NCBI GenBank assembly: GCA_002499085.1
Contig: DAKD01000036.1
Span: 24,213-88,212 of the forward strand
DNA: 64,000 bases
From: Methanomassiliicoccales archaeon UBA280
GTDB lineage: Archaea > Thermoplasmatota > Thermoplasmata > SG8-5
Reading direction: 5' to 3'
Part shown: one piece after another, positions 26,729 through 36,900 of the stretch
How positions within the stretch are numbered: the first letter of the stretch is position 1
Layout: the number at the start of each line of letters is the position of its first letter
Program-made: the position numbers and the translations under genes
Notes under the pieces: generated by a model
Database searches by the model: none
What the model saw: the letters and a program-made list of their open reading frames with translations, nothing else
Told to the model about the DNA's origin: nothing

Positions 26729-27301
26729 TCAGCCCTCCACGATGCCGAATGCATTCCTCAGTATGGCTCTCTGCAGATCCCCGGCCAACCTCTGTATGTC
26801 CGATATCTGGACCTCGGTGATGCCGGTGCAGTCAGCGCATCGCTGCTTTCCCGGGGGTCGGGTCCTGAACCCCAGCCCATGCGCCGCACTTGCCGCGCCG
26901 CCGATGTCCATGGAGCGGAGGCAATGGGCCAGAGCCGCAAGCCGGGAAAGGAGAGGCCCTGCGCACTCGCGGCATCCTGCGTCAGTTACGGAAGTCTGGG
27001 AAAGCTGCCTCGCAAGGTTCTCGCTGCGGTTCAGGATGTCTGTCATCCTGCCAAGGGTTCCGGATGCAGTGGGACCGTACCGTTTCTCGATGTGCGAGTG
27101 CAGGGTAACGGCAATGGGTATTCCCTCGCGCTGCATTATGTCCAGAACATTCCTGAAGCATCTCGGGTTCTCCAGGCCGGGCCTGGCACCGCAGCTCCCG
27201 CAGTCCATGACAAGCTCGAACCCGCCCCGCCGTTTCTTCACGCTGAAATCACAACTTCCGCTGGCTGCTGAGCGCGCGACGCGCACATTACTTCCCTTCA
27301 T
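26729..27301 (-). CDS. Cys-rich hypothetical protein, first gene of the ATPase operon
   Basis: I prefer the start at MKGSNVRV (27301), because the listed 27421 start would overlap the divergent aIF-1A gene. It has three CxxC pairs (CGSC, CREC, CADC). Its stop lies 2 nt before the ATPase ATG. Confidence 0.5.
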   Translation of the reverse strand: MKGSNVRVARSAASGSCDFSVKKRRGGFELVMDCGSCGARPGLENPRCFRNVLDIMQREGIPIAVTLHSHIEKRYGPTASGTLGRMTDILNRSENLARQLSQTSVTDAGCRECAGPLLSRLAALAHCLRSMDIGGAASAAHGLGFRTRPPGKQRCADCTGITEVQISDIQRLAGDLQRAILRNAFGIVEG

Positions 27302-27414
27302 GCTCTTCCCAGACACCCCGATGCATTTCGGGTTAAAAATGCCTTCGCATAACCGAAATTCCCTTCCGAGTAAAGTATAATAGATAGTCCATCTTACTCC
27401 CGAGCGGATATAAA

Positions 27415-27750
27415 ATGGCACAGTACCACAAACAGAACACCGAGGGCAGCCCTGACGAGATAATACGCATGCCCATGCCCAAGGACTACAAGCGCGAGAT
27501 GTTCGCGATAGCTGACCAGCTGCTGGGCGCCTCCAAGATCAAGGTCATGTGCGCGGACGGGAAGTCCCGCATCGGCAGGATACCGGGCAAGCTGAAGAAG
27601 CGCATGTGGATACGCGAGGGGGATTTGCTCATCATCAGGCCCTGGGAGTTCCAGGAAGACAAGGCGGACATTCTTTTCAGGTACACGAGGACGCAGGCAA
27701 TGAACCTTGCGAGGCGCAGGATAATCCCAGAGGTCATCAACATCTTCTGA
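27415..27750 (+). CDS. eif1a: Translation initiation factor aIF-1A
   Basis: S1/OB-type sequence ...VMCADGKSRIGRIPGKLKKRMWIREGDLLIIRPWEFQEDKADILFRY, 111 aa. Confidence 0.9.
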   Translation: MAQYHKQNTEGSPDEIIRMPMPKDYKREMFAIADQLLGASKIKVMCADGKSRIGRIPGKLKKRMWIREGDLLIIRPWEFQEDKADILFRYTRTQAMNLARRRIIPEVINIF

Positions 27751-27761
27751 CGGGGACATCC

Positions 27762-28535
27762 ATGAAGGTTGACGACAAGTTTCTGAGGGATTTGGAATCG
27801 AAGGTACTTGCCTACAGGGCCAGGGACAAGGACTCGGACCACCGCAAGACCTATGACGAGGTCTTCGACCGCGACACGCTCATGACACTCTACGACCTCA
27901 TGACCAACGAGGTCATCGACACTCTGGACTTCCCCATCGCCACCGGCAAGGAGGGGAACGTGTTCAGGGCAACGAAACACAGCGGCGGCTATCTGGCAGT
28001 CAAGATCTACCGGATGTCGAACGCAACGTTCAACAACATCCAGAAGTACATAGCCGGCGACGAACGGTTCCGCAACCTGGGCAAGAGCCGGCGGAGGACC
28101 ATACATACCTGGGCGCAGAAGGAGTACCGCAACCTGGAGAGGATGCGCAACGCCGGCATTTCCGTGCCCGAACCGGTTGTCTGCGTCAAGAACATCATAG
28201 TCATGGAGTTCATCGGCGAGGACGCCACGCCCGCGCCGCACCTCAGGGAAGTGGAGATTCCCGAGCCCGAGAAGATTTACGCCAATCTCTTCGGGAGCCT
28301 GAAGAAACTGTACCGGAAGGCAGGCCTGATCCATTCAGATTTCTCCGAGTACAACGTGCTGATGAGGGGCGGCGAGCCAATCATAATCGACGTGGGCCAG
28401 GCAGTTCTCAAGACCCATCCGATGGCCTCGGAATTCCTGACGCGGGACGTCTACAACCTCGCAAGGTTCTTCAGGAAGCAGGGCATGGACCTTGACGAGA
28501 AAACCATGCTCAGGGAGATAACGGAGGATGCCTGA
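27762..28535 (+). CDS. rio1: RIO-type serine protein kinase Rio1
   Basis: ATG at 27762 (MKVDDKFL). Motifs: STGKEGNVF-like ATGKEGNVF, LAVKIYR, catalytic IHSDFSEYNVL, metal-binding IIDVGQAV. Confidence 0.9.
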   Translation: MKVDDKFLRDLESKVLAYRARDKDSDHRKTYDEVFDRDTLMTLYDLMTNEVIDTLDFPIATGKEGNVFRATKHSGGYLAVKIYRMSNATFNNIQKYIAGDERFRNLGKSRRRTIHTWAQKEYRNLERMRNAGISVPEPVVCVKNIIVMEFIGEDATPAPHLREVEIPEPEKIYANLFGSLKKLYRKAGLIHSDFSEYNVLMRGGEPIIIDVGQAVLKTHPMASEFLTRDVYNLARFFRKQGMDLDEKTMLREITEDA

Positions 28536-29089
28536 TGCTTTACGTGAAGATGCCCAAGGAACGCGTCGGAGTGCTCATAGGCGAGGACGGGAAGGTGAAA
28601 CATCAGATAGAGAGCCTCTGCAAGGTGAGGCTGGAAGTGGACTCGGGAAACGGCGACGTTACTGTTATTCCCACTGATGAAGGCGCGAAGGACGGGCTTG
28701 TCGGGCTCAATGCCAGGGACATCGTCAAGGCCATGGCCTGCGGATTTTCTCCGGACAGGGCGATGAGGCTAGCCGGCGAGGACATGTACCTAGAGGTCTT
28801 CGACATAAGGGACTTCGCGGGCAAGGACAGGAAGCATGTCTCCAGGGTCAAGGCCAGGATAATCGGGACGAACGGAAAGACAAGAACCACGATCGAGGAT
28901 TTCTCGGGCGCGGAAATATCAATCTACGGAAACACGATAGCCATAATCGGGGACATGCTGTCAATGGACGCGGCCCGGGGAGCGGTCGAGATGCTGCTGG
29001 AGGGCAGCGAGCATTCCGCTGTCTATCGTTTCCTGGAAGGGAAGCGTAGATACATGAAGTTCAGGGAGATGAGCATGGAAGCTCCGTGA
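28535..29089 (+). CDS. KH-domain RNA-binding protein (archaeal Pno1/Dim2-like)
   Basis: Start overlaps the rio1 stop (TGATG). It has two KH-like segments (VGVLIGEDGKVKHQIE; RIIGTNGKTRTTIE). Sits in the conserved aIF-1A/Rio1/KH gene order. Confidence 0.8.
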   Translation: MLYVKMPKERVGVLIGEDGKVKHQIESLCKVRLEVDSGNGDVTVIPTDEGAKDGLVGLNARDIVKAMACGFSPDRAMRLAGEDMYLEVFDIRDFAGKDRKHVSRVKARIIGTNGKTRTTIEDFSGAEISIYGNTIAIIGDMLSMDAARGAVEMLLEGSEHSAVYRFLEGKRRYMKFREMSMEAP

Positions 29090-29148
29090 TTCTCCACACC
29101 GACAGAGTTTGAGAGAAACGAATTCTTGCAAGAGCGCAGAATAGAATA

Positions 29149-29186
29149 CCCCGCCCTAGAACATCGCAATATTGAGCCAGGCGGGG
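29149..29186. repeat. CCCCGCC ... GGCGGGG hairpin (24-nt loop)
   Basis: Arms at 29149-29155 and 29180-29186. Same arms as at 29245-29264 and 30620-30659. Confidence 0.5.
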
Positions 29187-29244
29187 CTTGAAGGGATTCT
29201 ATATACGCTGTGAAACGCGCACTATAACGCTCGCACATCGAAAA

Positions 29245-29264
29245 CCCCGCCCTAACAGGCGGGG
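29245..29264. terminator. CCCCGCC-CTAACA-GGCGGGG hairpin between convergent genes (probable bidirectional terminator)
   Basis: 7-bp GC stem between the KH gene (+) and the wHTH gene (-). Confidence 0.5.
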
Positions 29265-29297
29265 CATGCCACTGTGTAATGTCCTGCAGAATAATGT

Positions 29298-29618
29298 TTA
29301 CCCGTACATTCCGCCGGAGTTATCGTCCGGCGTTCTGAACTTCTTCCGTTTTTCTAACTTCTCGCGGACCTTCTTCAGCTGCTCCGTCTCCCTGCCCTTG
29401 AATTTAAAATCGCCATTGGCCAGGCTCACGAATGTCGTGTCCGGGAGAGGCTCGGTCCTCACGAGCCCCTTCTTGGCCAGGCCCGCAATGCAGGCCTGCA
29501 CTTTCCTTTCCGAGGTGCCGAGATAATCAGCGACCTCCTTCAGAGTTATGGGATAGACCTCGACCAGGAGGAGGAGAATCTTGGCCTCCAGGCTGGAGGT
29601 GTCGAAAATATGGGCCAT
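29298..29618 (-). CDS. Small winged-helix transcriptional regulator
   Basis: I prefer the start at MAHIFDTSSLE (29618). wHTH segment: ITLKEVADYLGTSERKVQACIAGLAKKGLV. Lys-rich tail. Confidence 0.65.
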   Translation of the reverse strand: MAHIFDTSSLEAKILLLLVEVYPITLKEVADYLGTSERKVQACIAGLAKKGLVRTEPLPDTTFVSLANGDFKFKGRETEQLKKVREKLEKRKKFRTPDDNSGGMYG

Positions 29619-29775
29619 GCAAAACCTACAACGCCTTGCGCGATATATATAGATTGCACAGGAAGGAGGCCGTCGCACACGGTGCAAATGTAATCAAAGG
29701 AAATCTGGCCTTAGGGCCAGATACATGCGAGTGTGCGACCTACGGAAGGTGAACATAGAACTGAGAGTTCGTTGT

Positions 29776-30057
29776 TCACCCGAACATGGTTCCGGAATCC
29801 GCAAGCTTCTTCTCTTCCTTTCCCGCGGCCTCGATTATGTCGAGCGAGACTATCGCATGCGTCGGGATGACCCTTATCTTGCCGACCTTGTCCTCGTGCA
29901 TGCTGTCCAGCTCTATGCACATTCCCTCGTCGTGCCCGATGGCCGTGTAACCGAGGAATATGCCGCTCGTCACGAGTGGCTTGTCCCTGGCCTCGAGCGA
30001 CTTTATCCTGTACCTCGAACCCACGCTCAGAACTATCGCGTTCTTGTCCTTGTCCAT
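29776..30057 (-). CDS. Hypothetical 93-aa protein
   Basis: I prefer the start at MDKDKNAIVLSV (30057). It lies 4 nt downstream of the preceding wHTH gene. No recognisable motif. Confidence 0.5.
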   Translation of the reverse strand: MDKDKNAIVLSVGSRYRIKSLEARDKPLVTSGIFLGYTAIGHDEGMCIELDSMHEDKVGKIRVIPTHAIVSLDIIEAAGKEEKKLADSGTMFG

Positions 30058-30061
30058 TCTA

Positions 30062-30523
30062 TCACTTCCTCTTCTTGTCCTTCTCCTCGGCGAGCCTCTG
30101 AATGTGATCCACCGACTTGCGGTAATTGGCCATCGAGACATTGATGTTCTCCTCGACGAAATGCCAGGCGTCCGAGAGGCTGGAGTACCTCAGCTTGTAC
30201 CCTTTCTTCTTCTTGCCGTCCTCCTCGACCGATGTTTCCTCTATCAGGGCCATGGCCCTGAGGTCGTTGACATACTTGCCCATGGTGGGCTGCGTTGTCT
30301 CCAGCTCATGGGCCAGTTCCTTAATTTGCCAGACCTTGTCCCGCCTCTTCAGGAAGCAGTTCACGAACAGCTTGAAGGGAATGCTCTCCCGGGCGTTCCC
30401 GCCCTTGGTCTTGGGTCCGAAATAGCCGATGTGAGTGAGAAAAATTTCGCATGCCTCCTCCAGGTCTTCAACGCTGGTCAGGGGCGTATGCTTGCGCAGG
30501 GTAATCTCGAAATCCATGTCCAT
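30062..30523 (-). CDS. wHTH-containing putative transcriptional regulator
   Basis: I prefer the start at MDMDFEITL (30523). HTH-like segment: WQIKELAHELETTQPTMGKYVNDLRAMALIEE. Confidence 0.6.
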   Translation of the reverse strand: MDMDFEITLRKHTPLTSVEDLEEACEIFLTHIGYFGPKTKGGNARESIPFKLFVNCFLKRRDKVWQIKELAHELETTQPTMGKYVNDLRAMALIEETSVEEDGKKKKGYKLRYSSLSDAWHFVEENINVSMANYRKSVDHIQRLAEEKDKKRK

Positions 30524-30619
30524 GCCGAACCCTAAGGCTGTTTCCCGATAATAATGCTTGTGCTTTAAACGATTTATTTTTAAAGACGGCACAAGCCCGG
30601 GCGATGAGAAAACAGCATG

Positions 30620-30659
30620 CCCCGCCTGATGGTGACGGTTTTTTGGCTGAAGGGCGGGG
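30620..30659. repeat. CATG-CCCCGCC ... GGCGGGG hairpin (26-nt loop), inverted copy of the 29245-29269 element
   Basis: CATGCCCCGCCTG (30617-30629) is the exact reverse complement of CAGGCGGGGCATG (29257-29269). Confidence 0.5.
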
Positions 30660-30958
30660 TGATGATGCCGGATTTTAAAAATCTGGCTGTTGTGATGCAC
30701 AGCGTGCCTTAATCCCCTAGCCCCGCCTGTGTGAGGGTTGTAGCTATCTGGCATTTTTCAGCATCAACCTGAACGAGACGAATCGCTTGCGATTCGTTGC
30801 GAGGGCAGTGGTTTGGCGCCCCACCCACATCCCCCTGGCGCCCCGATGTATTGGCTCTCGCAAGGAATCGTTTCTCTCAATCTTTGCCCCGCAGCATGTT
30901 GGGGCGTTTCGCCCTGAAAAGGTTCCACCGCCTGGCAAACCCCATCGCCAGCCTGGGC

Positions 30959-33900
30959 TTATTGGGCATTGGCGCGCCTCCTCCTGCGGAACACGATAAC
31001 GGACATGCCGAAGGGGATGAATATGGCGATGAGGGCGGCCGAGAACTCGGGGATGATGACCGTGAGAACCTGTGTCCAGCCCGTGCCGTCGGCGCTCGAG
31101 GATGGACCTTTCTCGGGCGCACCCACAATTACATCGTTGTAGCCGTCGCCGTCCAGGTCTCCTGCCATGTCCACGGACCAACCGAAATGTTCGCCTGCCT
31201 GTGTGCCGTTCTTCACGTAATCGGCATTTGCAGCGCTGATGGCGCCGGCCATGGTGGCGGAGCCGTTGAAGATGTATACGGTTCCGGTCCCGCCGTTGCG
31301 ATAGGGCGCGCCGATGATGATGTCGTCGATGCCATCGTCTCCGGCCACTCCGTAGCCCACGTTGCCTGCGCCGGAGACGGACCAGCCGAATTTATCCCCG
31401 GAGGATTGGCCGGTGAGGGTGACGTAGGGGGGGGTGCAGTAGAGATAATGCAGAGTTATGTTGTACAATATCGGCGTGTCACCAACATGGGTGGTTGACA
31501 TTCTCACCTTGTAGCAGAGGTCCTTGCCGACGGCCTCGGTCGGGAACATGTACCATACACCATATTGTATCGCGGACTGGTTCCAGGTTGTGCCGCCATC
31601 TCTGGAAATGGCAATCCAGCCAACAGTGTTTGCTGAAGTGCTGATGTTCCAAAATGGTTTAATGGATGTGATGAAATGTGGAATTGTTGTTTGTGCAGAT
31701 GTATAATCTCCGGGAGATGATGTTGTATAAATTTTAAGGTCGTCCACATAAGCAAGGGGTTGACCGTTATTTGTTCTGGGCGCTCCGAAATTCCAAGGGA
31801 ATGTTGTAATCTCGATGTTATTTATGCTTGTGACGGCAGTGGTGAAACCTAGACCTGTGCCCGAAGAAACACCGTCGATGTAGAGGTCCATCAGGTCTGT
31901 GTTGCAATCAAAAACAACCCTGAAATGATACCATTGGTCGGGATTATATGTATCGAGCGAGTAAACTGTGGTTCCAATCTGATATGCGAAGCGCTCCTCG
32001 AAGAAGCCGACTTCAATGGCATCAGTCGTCCCGCTCCTCAGGATGACGGCAAATTGCTCTTCCGTTGTTCCCTGGTCTGAACATCTTGCCCAGAACTCGA
32101 AAGCCCCGACGGTGATTGCTGTAGCGAAATTACTAGTTATGATTGCACAACCCGTGTTTGCGGTGGCAGTATCGTCATCGAACATCAGAGACTTTGAGCC
32201 GCTATAAGAAACGGTGCCAGAGACATCCACTACGCGGCCTGTGCCCTCTGTAACTGTGCTCCAAGGAGACCCAGGATTGGTTCCAGCTGTGTAAGATTCG
32301 AAACCGTCATAGAACAATGTGGTCCCTGTCAGGTTGAGCTCACCAGTTGGCGTGGCGAAAATGCCACCGCTGGGATTGTTCGTGGCAAGGCTGCTGCCCA
32401 CCGATGTGAATTCCGTATAGGTATCATTATTGATGTGTGCCACATTGTCATAATCTCCGTCAAGCCAGACATACGCATTCCCGTTATCCGTTCCTGGCGC
32501 ACCGACTATGACGCCGTCGTTGCTGCCATCGACCTTGCCGGCACCGGCAACGGAGAAGCCGAACATAGTTTCAGAAACACCATACCGTATGTTGATAGTG
32601 TCTATGTAAACGGTATCCTGGCCGATTCCATCTGCTATGTTTGAATCGATGACATTGAGATAGAACACACCCGAGAGCGTGATTGGAAGCGGTGCGCTGT
32701 AGGTGGTTGAAGAAGCCGAGTTGATAGCTAACACAGGAGTGTAGGGTCCAGATAGTTCAGTTGAATAGCCTATCAGGAAGTCATCGTTCGATCCGGCGCT
32801 GTGATAGCCCGTTGCATAAAGAGTGAGTTTGTCTGCCCCGCCCGGTATGCTCTGCGTGCGCCAGCGATGCTCAAGGCTGTAGCTTGCAGGGCGTATGGCC
32901 AACTGGAAGTAAGCGGCACCATCAGTTACCGCGGAGGTGACACTGGCAGTTCCCGTCGCCCCCGCTGCCGCCTGAGCCTTCGTCCCCCAGCAGCCCGAGT
33001 TGTAGGTCGTGGCCGCGCCATTCGTCTGCTCTGTCGATTCTGTCCAGGGTGATGCGACAGAGAAGGGTGCGCCGTCGCCGCCGTCAAACGATAGACCGTA
33101 AATGGCCAGGCAGTTGTCCACTGTGGTGGTTATTTGTGGAATGACATGGGGATTCACACCCGTGGCTGTTGATATCGCAAAGTTCTGTGCATTGATTGGC
33201 GAAGTAGTATCCGCGCCCGAGATGCGGATGTACCATCCGAGCCAGTATGCCGCACCGGTCGTAGTGACCGTGACGGATGCACCTTCAAAACCGGTGGCGA
33301 TGCGCCAGTACGCTCCGATATATGCGTCGGGCGTGGCACTGCCGGATTCGCCGATCTTTGTCCAACCGGTGACTGCGTTGAAGTGCGGAGAGACAGTCGT
33401 TGCATAGTCATCTGTGACTATCAGGAGCAGGAGTTCACCCACGGTTATTCCGGCCGGGGCCGTGAGCGCACGGGAGTTGGATGTGGCGGTGTCGCCGTTC
33501 GACGCCTGAAACCCTTCCACGGTTGGCACTCTACTTACATCTAGCACTTCCTGTATGGATTGAGTCGCTCCATCTGGAGTGCCCAGTTCATCGATGTTCG
33601 TGTAGGTGTTGGCAACCGTACCCCAGACCGGGCTGTCCATATCCACAGTATAATCAGTGTAAGTAAATTTCATCTCGCCATATAAAACAGAGAATGGAAT
33701 GCTTCTGAAATACATATGGTCCAGATACAGCGTATCAAGCTGGGTGTGTGTCGAAGTTCTGTCCTTGTCTATGACGCCTATGTAAAGTGTGCCGAGGAAA
33801 TCATTCAGGACGGAATCGGAATATTTCTGGTAGGTATCGTCGTCTGCATTCTTCGTGATTGTGAGCATCAACGTCCAGCCTGTCGAACCGACCGTTCCCG

Positions 33901-36900
33901 TTCCAACCTTCGAGTAATAGATTTCGAAATCGTCTCCCTCAGCATTCGAGGTGCGGAAGGCGTCGATGAAGAATGTGCAATTCGACCTGTTTGGAACATC
34001 AACTAACCATTTATGTTCCAGAGCACTTGATGTTCTCATTCCAAATCGAACATACCATACTTGGTCCGTACCATCAGCAGTTCCAGCACCGTCATTGTTC
34101 ATATCGTAAGCCATTCTATTCGGATGGGATCCAGAAACCCAGGATCCAACGCTGCTTCCTGAACCGAAACCCGACCATTCTAGATCAAATAAAACACTGC
34201 CTACACCATCGTAATTGAAATCTGAATATCCTACATCGGAACCGATATTGAATGTAATCCCCCAATCATTGACTTTTCCAGTTAAAACAACATTGCTTGA
34301 ATCATAAACAAGGACACGGTTTGCAATTAGACCATTATAATTCCCAACCATATTTGTTGTTACTGTTGTTAATGCTCCAACATCACACAACCATATTCTG
34401 AAGTAGGATGTGCCATACGTGCCAGACACAGTAGTAGAGGTCCTGATAGAAATCTCCTCGATGTATCCTGCTGCCAATTCAGACTGAAGGTACAATTGTT
34501 GTTGTTTATAACCTGTATTATCATTTCTGAATGGGTCACTATAAGCCGTACCTTCAGTTCCGATTGCATAGTATGTACCTGTTGTGTAACCTTCTTTTAC
34601 AAACTCATAAGTGTCGCCCTGGGTGTGAGTATTGCTGTAAGTATTGGTTAGCGTCCCCAACACAGGGATGTCAGAATCCGCTGTTTCCTCTGTAGGCGCA
34701 TGATAAATATATGATGCATCCTTCCCCGGTTCTCCCACAATCACTTCAGAACCACCAACACCATCTGTGTTCCCGGCGCTGGAAACCGATGCTCCAAAAT
34801 TTCCGTTCGTGTGTCGGCCTGCCATTATCACATCCGCGCTTCCTGCAGCCGTCGGGATGCTCCCATCACCGTAAAAGATGTACGCCCGCCCTCTGCCGGA
34901 ATCGAACCCTTGGGCACCGATGATTATGTCATCGTTTCCTGCATCGTCGTAATCCCCCGCCCCTGACACGCTCGCCCCGAACCTGTCGCCCGCGGCCTCG
35001 CCCGTGATAGTAACGTCAGTGCTTGCCGTGGCCAGGTCAATGGTCTTCGGAGTTCCGCTGGTCAGCGTTGTTGAATAGAATATGTAAGCTCTGCCTGTGT
35101 CGGAACTGTGCCCCGGCGCCCCGATGATTATGTCCGGGCCTCCGCCGTTAACATCACCGGCATCGCTCACGTCCCATCCCAGCTCATCCCCTGCGGCAGC
35201 CCCGAGAATTGTGACGTCCGCGCTCGCCGGGTCGAGGTAATTTGCGTTGGCAGACGTGAACCCGTCGTATCCGAAGAACACGTATGCGGCGCCTTCCCCG
35301 CCATTTGTTCCAGGGGCTCCGACGATGACGTCGCCGTAACCGTCGGCGTTTATGTCCCCGGCATACGAGACGTTCCATCCGAACTTGTCCCCGGCATTTC
35401 CGCCGTAACCGGATGTGACCTCTGCCATCGTTATCATGTCCTGGTCCGTTAACTCATCGCCCGGGCCGGACCTCGTCGCCGCCAGCTCCGTGGCTATCTG
35501 GTCCTCCTTGGCATCATCCCCGTCCTCGTTCCATGCCTCTATCTCGAACCATGCTGTTGCATTGGGGTCCAGCTGAACCGCTATGTATGATTCCAGCTCC
35601 CTGGAGTCCTTCATGTAGGCGGGAGTGCCGATCTGGCTCCAGGACCATGCGCCCTGGTTAGTTCCGACGAACCTGCTGTGGCCTGATGTCTTAACGGAGC
35701 CGTGCTTTCCCGTGAACTGGACCATCCTGTCCGCGCCCATGCCCCCTATCGAGTATCCCGTGGAAGGGTCCGCGTCCGTGTCCAGGTATATCCTGGCAGT
35801 GTCGTCGCCCGTGACCACCGGCTTTTCGACCCTTCCGATGAAGACATTGGCCATGACCGTGCCGCCCTGCTCCCAGACAAGGTACTCGTCAGAGCCGTAT
35901 GGATAGTCCGCGATGCCGTCGGAGTCGACGTCCCTCTGGCCGGCGGAATTCACCGACTGGGCGTCAGGTACGCCGTCGTTGTTGAAATCAAGTTCGTAAC
36001 CTGGCTGCTCCTGGTCGTCGGGTATCCCGTCCCTGTCCGAGTCCGGGGAAACAGGCTGTGGGTTGGGGTTTGGCGCCCTGGCTGTGGATTCAATGGGCAC
36101 CAGGCTGCCTGACATGAACTCACCGATGGATGAGATGTGAAGGTATGCGCCAGTTCCGTCGCTGACTGCGCCGTAGCACCTGATGTCGGCGCTGCTCTTT
36201 TTCCCTGTGGAAACTTCGTTGATCTGGTCGAAAAGCTGTCTGTCCCTCCAGTCGGAGAAACCGCCGTCGACCACGGGTATCTGGGGCACTGAGCCGATGT
36301 AGCAGAGCTCGTTCTGCCCCACGGCGACCTCGAGCCATGCCATGGCTCCCGAGAGGGCAATGTCCCCCGGCGCCGCGATCCTCAGGCCCAGCGTCCTGGA
36401 TGCCGCCGCCGATGCGGAGATGTCTGCCTGGACTGTGAGGTTGAGGGTTTCGCCGGCTGCCAGGGTTCTGCCGACCGTGAAGGACATTGAAGCCGCGGGC
36501 GGGGCCGAGCTTATCTCCGTGCCGGCCGCGTCCAACAGCCTCACTGCGCTCATTGCCGAGGCGCCCGCTGTCCCTTCCAGTGTGAGCCTGATGCTGTCGA
36601 CCGCCGAGTCGCCGCACTTGCCCTCGAACAGGATTGCGAGCAGGTTCTGGCCCGAGCCTGACACTGTCTCGGGTGCGATAGCGTACTGGCTGATGCGCAT
36701 CGAGCATAGGGAGTTGCTGACTAGGCAATCCGAATAATCCACGTATCCGTCCCAGGACTGCGAATGCACCAGGACCGATATGTCTGTGCCCTGCGCGACC
36801 TGAAGCCTGGACCAGGGAATCTGGGTCTCGAGCCTGCTGCCTGCGGCCTCTGCCCTTCCGGAGCCTGTGCTCTCGAACCCGTTCCAGTCGTCCGAGTCTC

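Noticed and set aside
30524-30958. Possible gene in the 435-bp gap between the giant gene and the wHTH gene (ORFs 30744-31181 minus, 30787-30999 plus).
   Set aside because: The translations are Arg/Pro/His-rich junk. The region contains the CCCCGCC hairpin and is best read as terminator plus promoter space.
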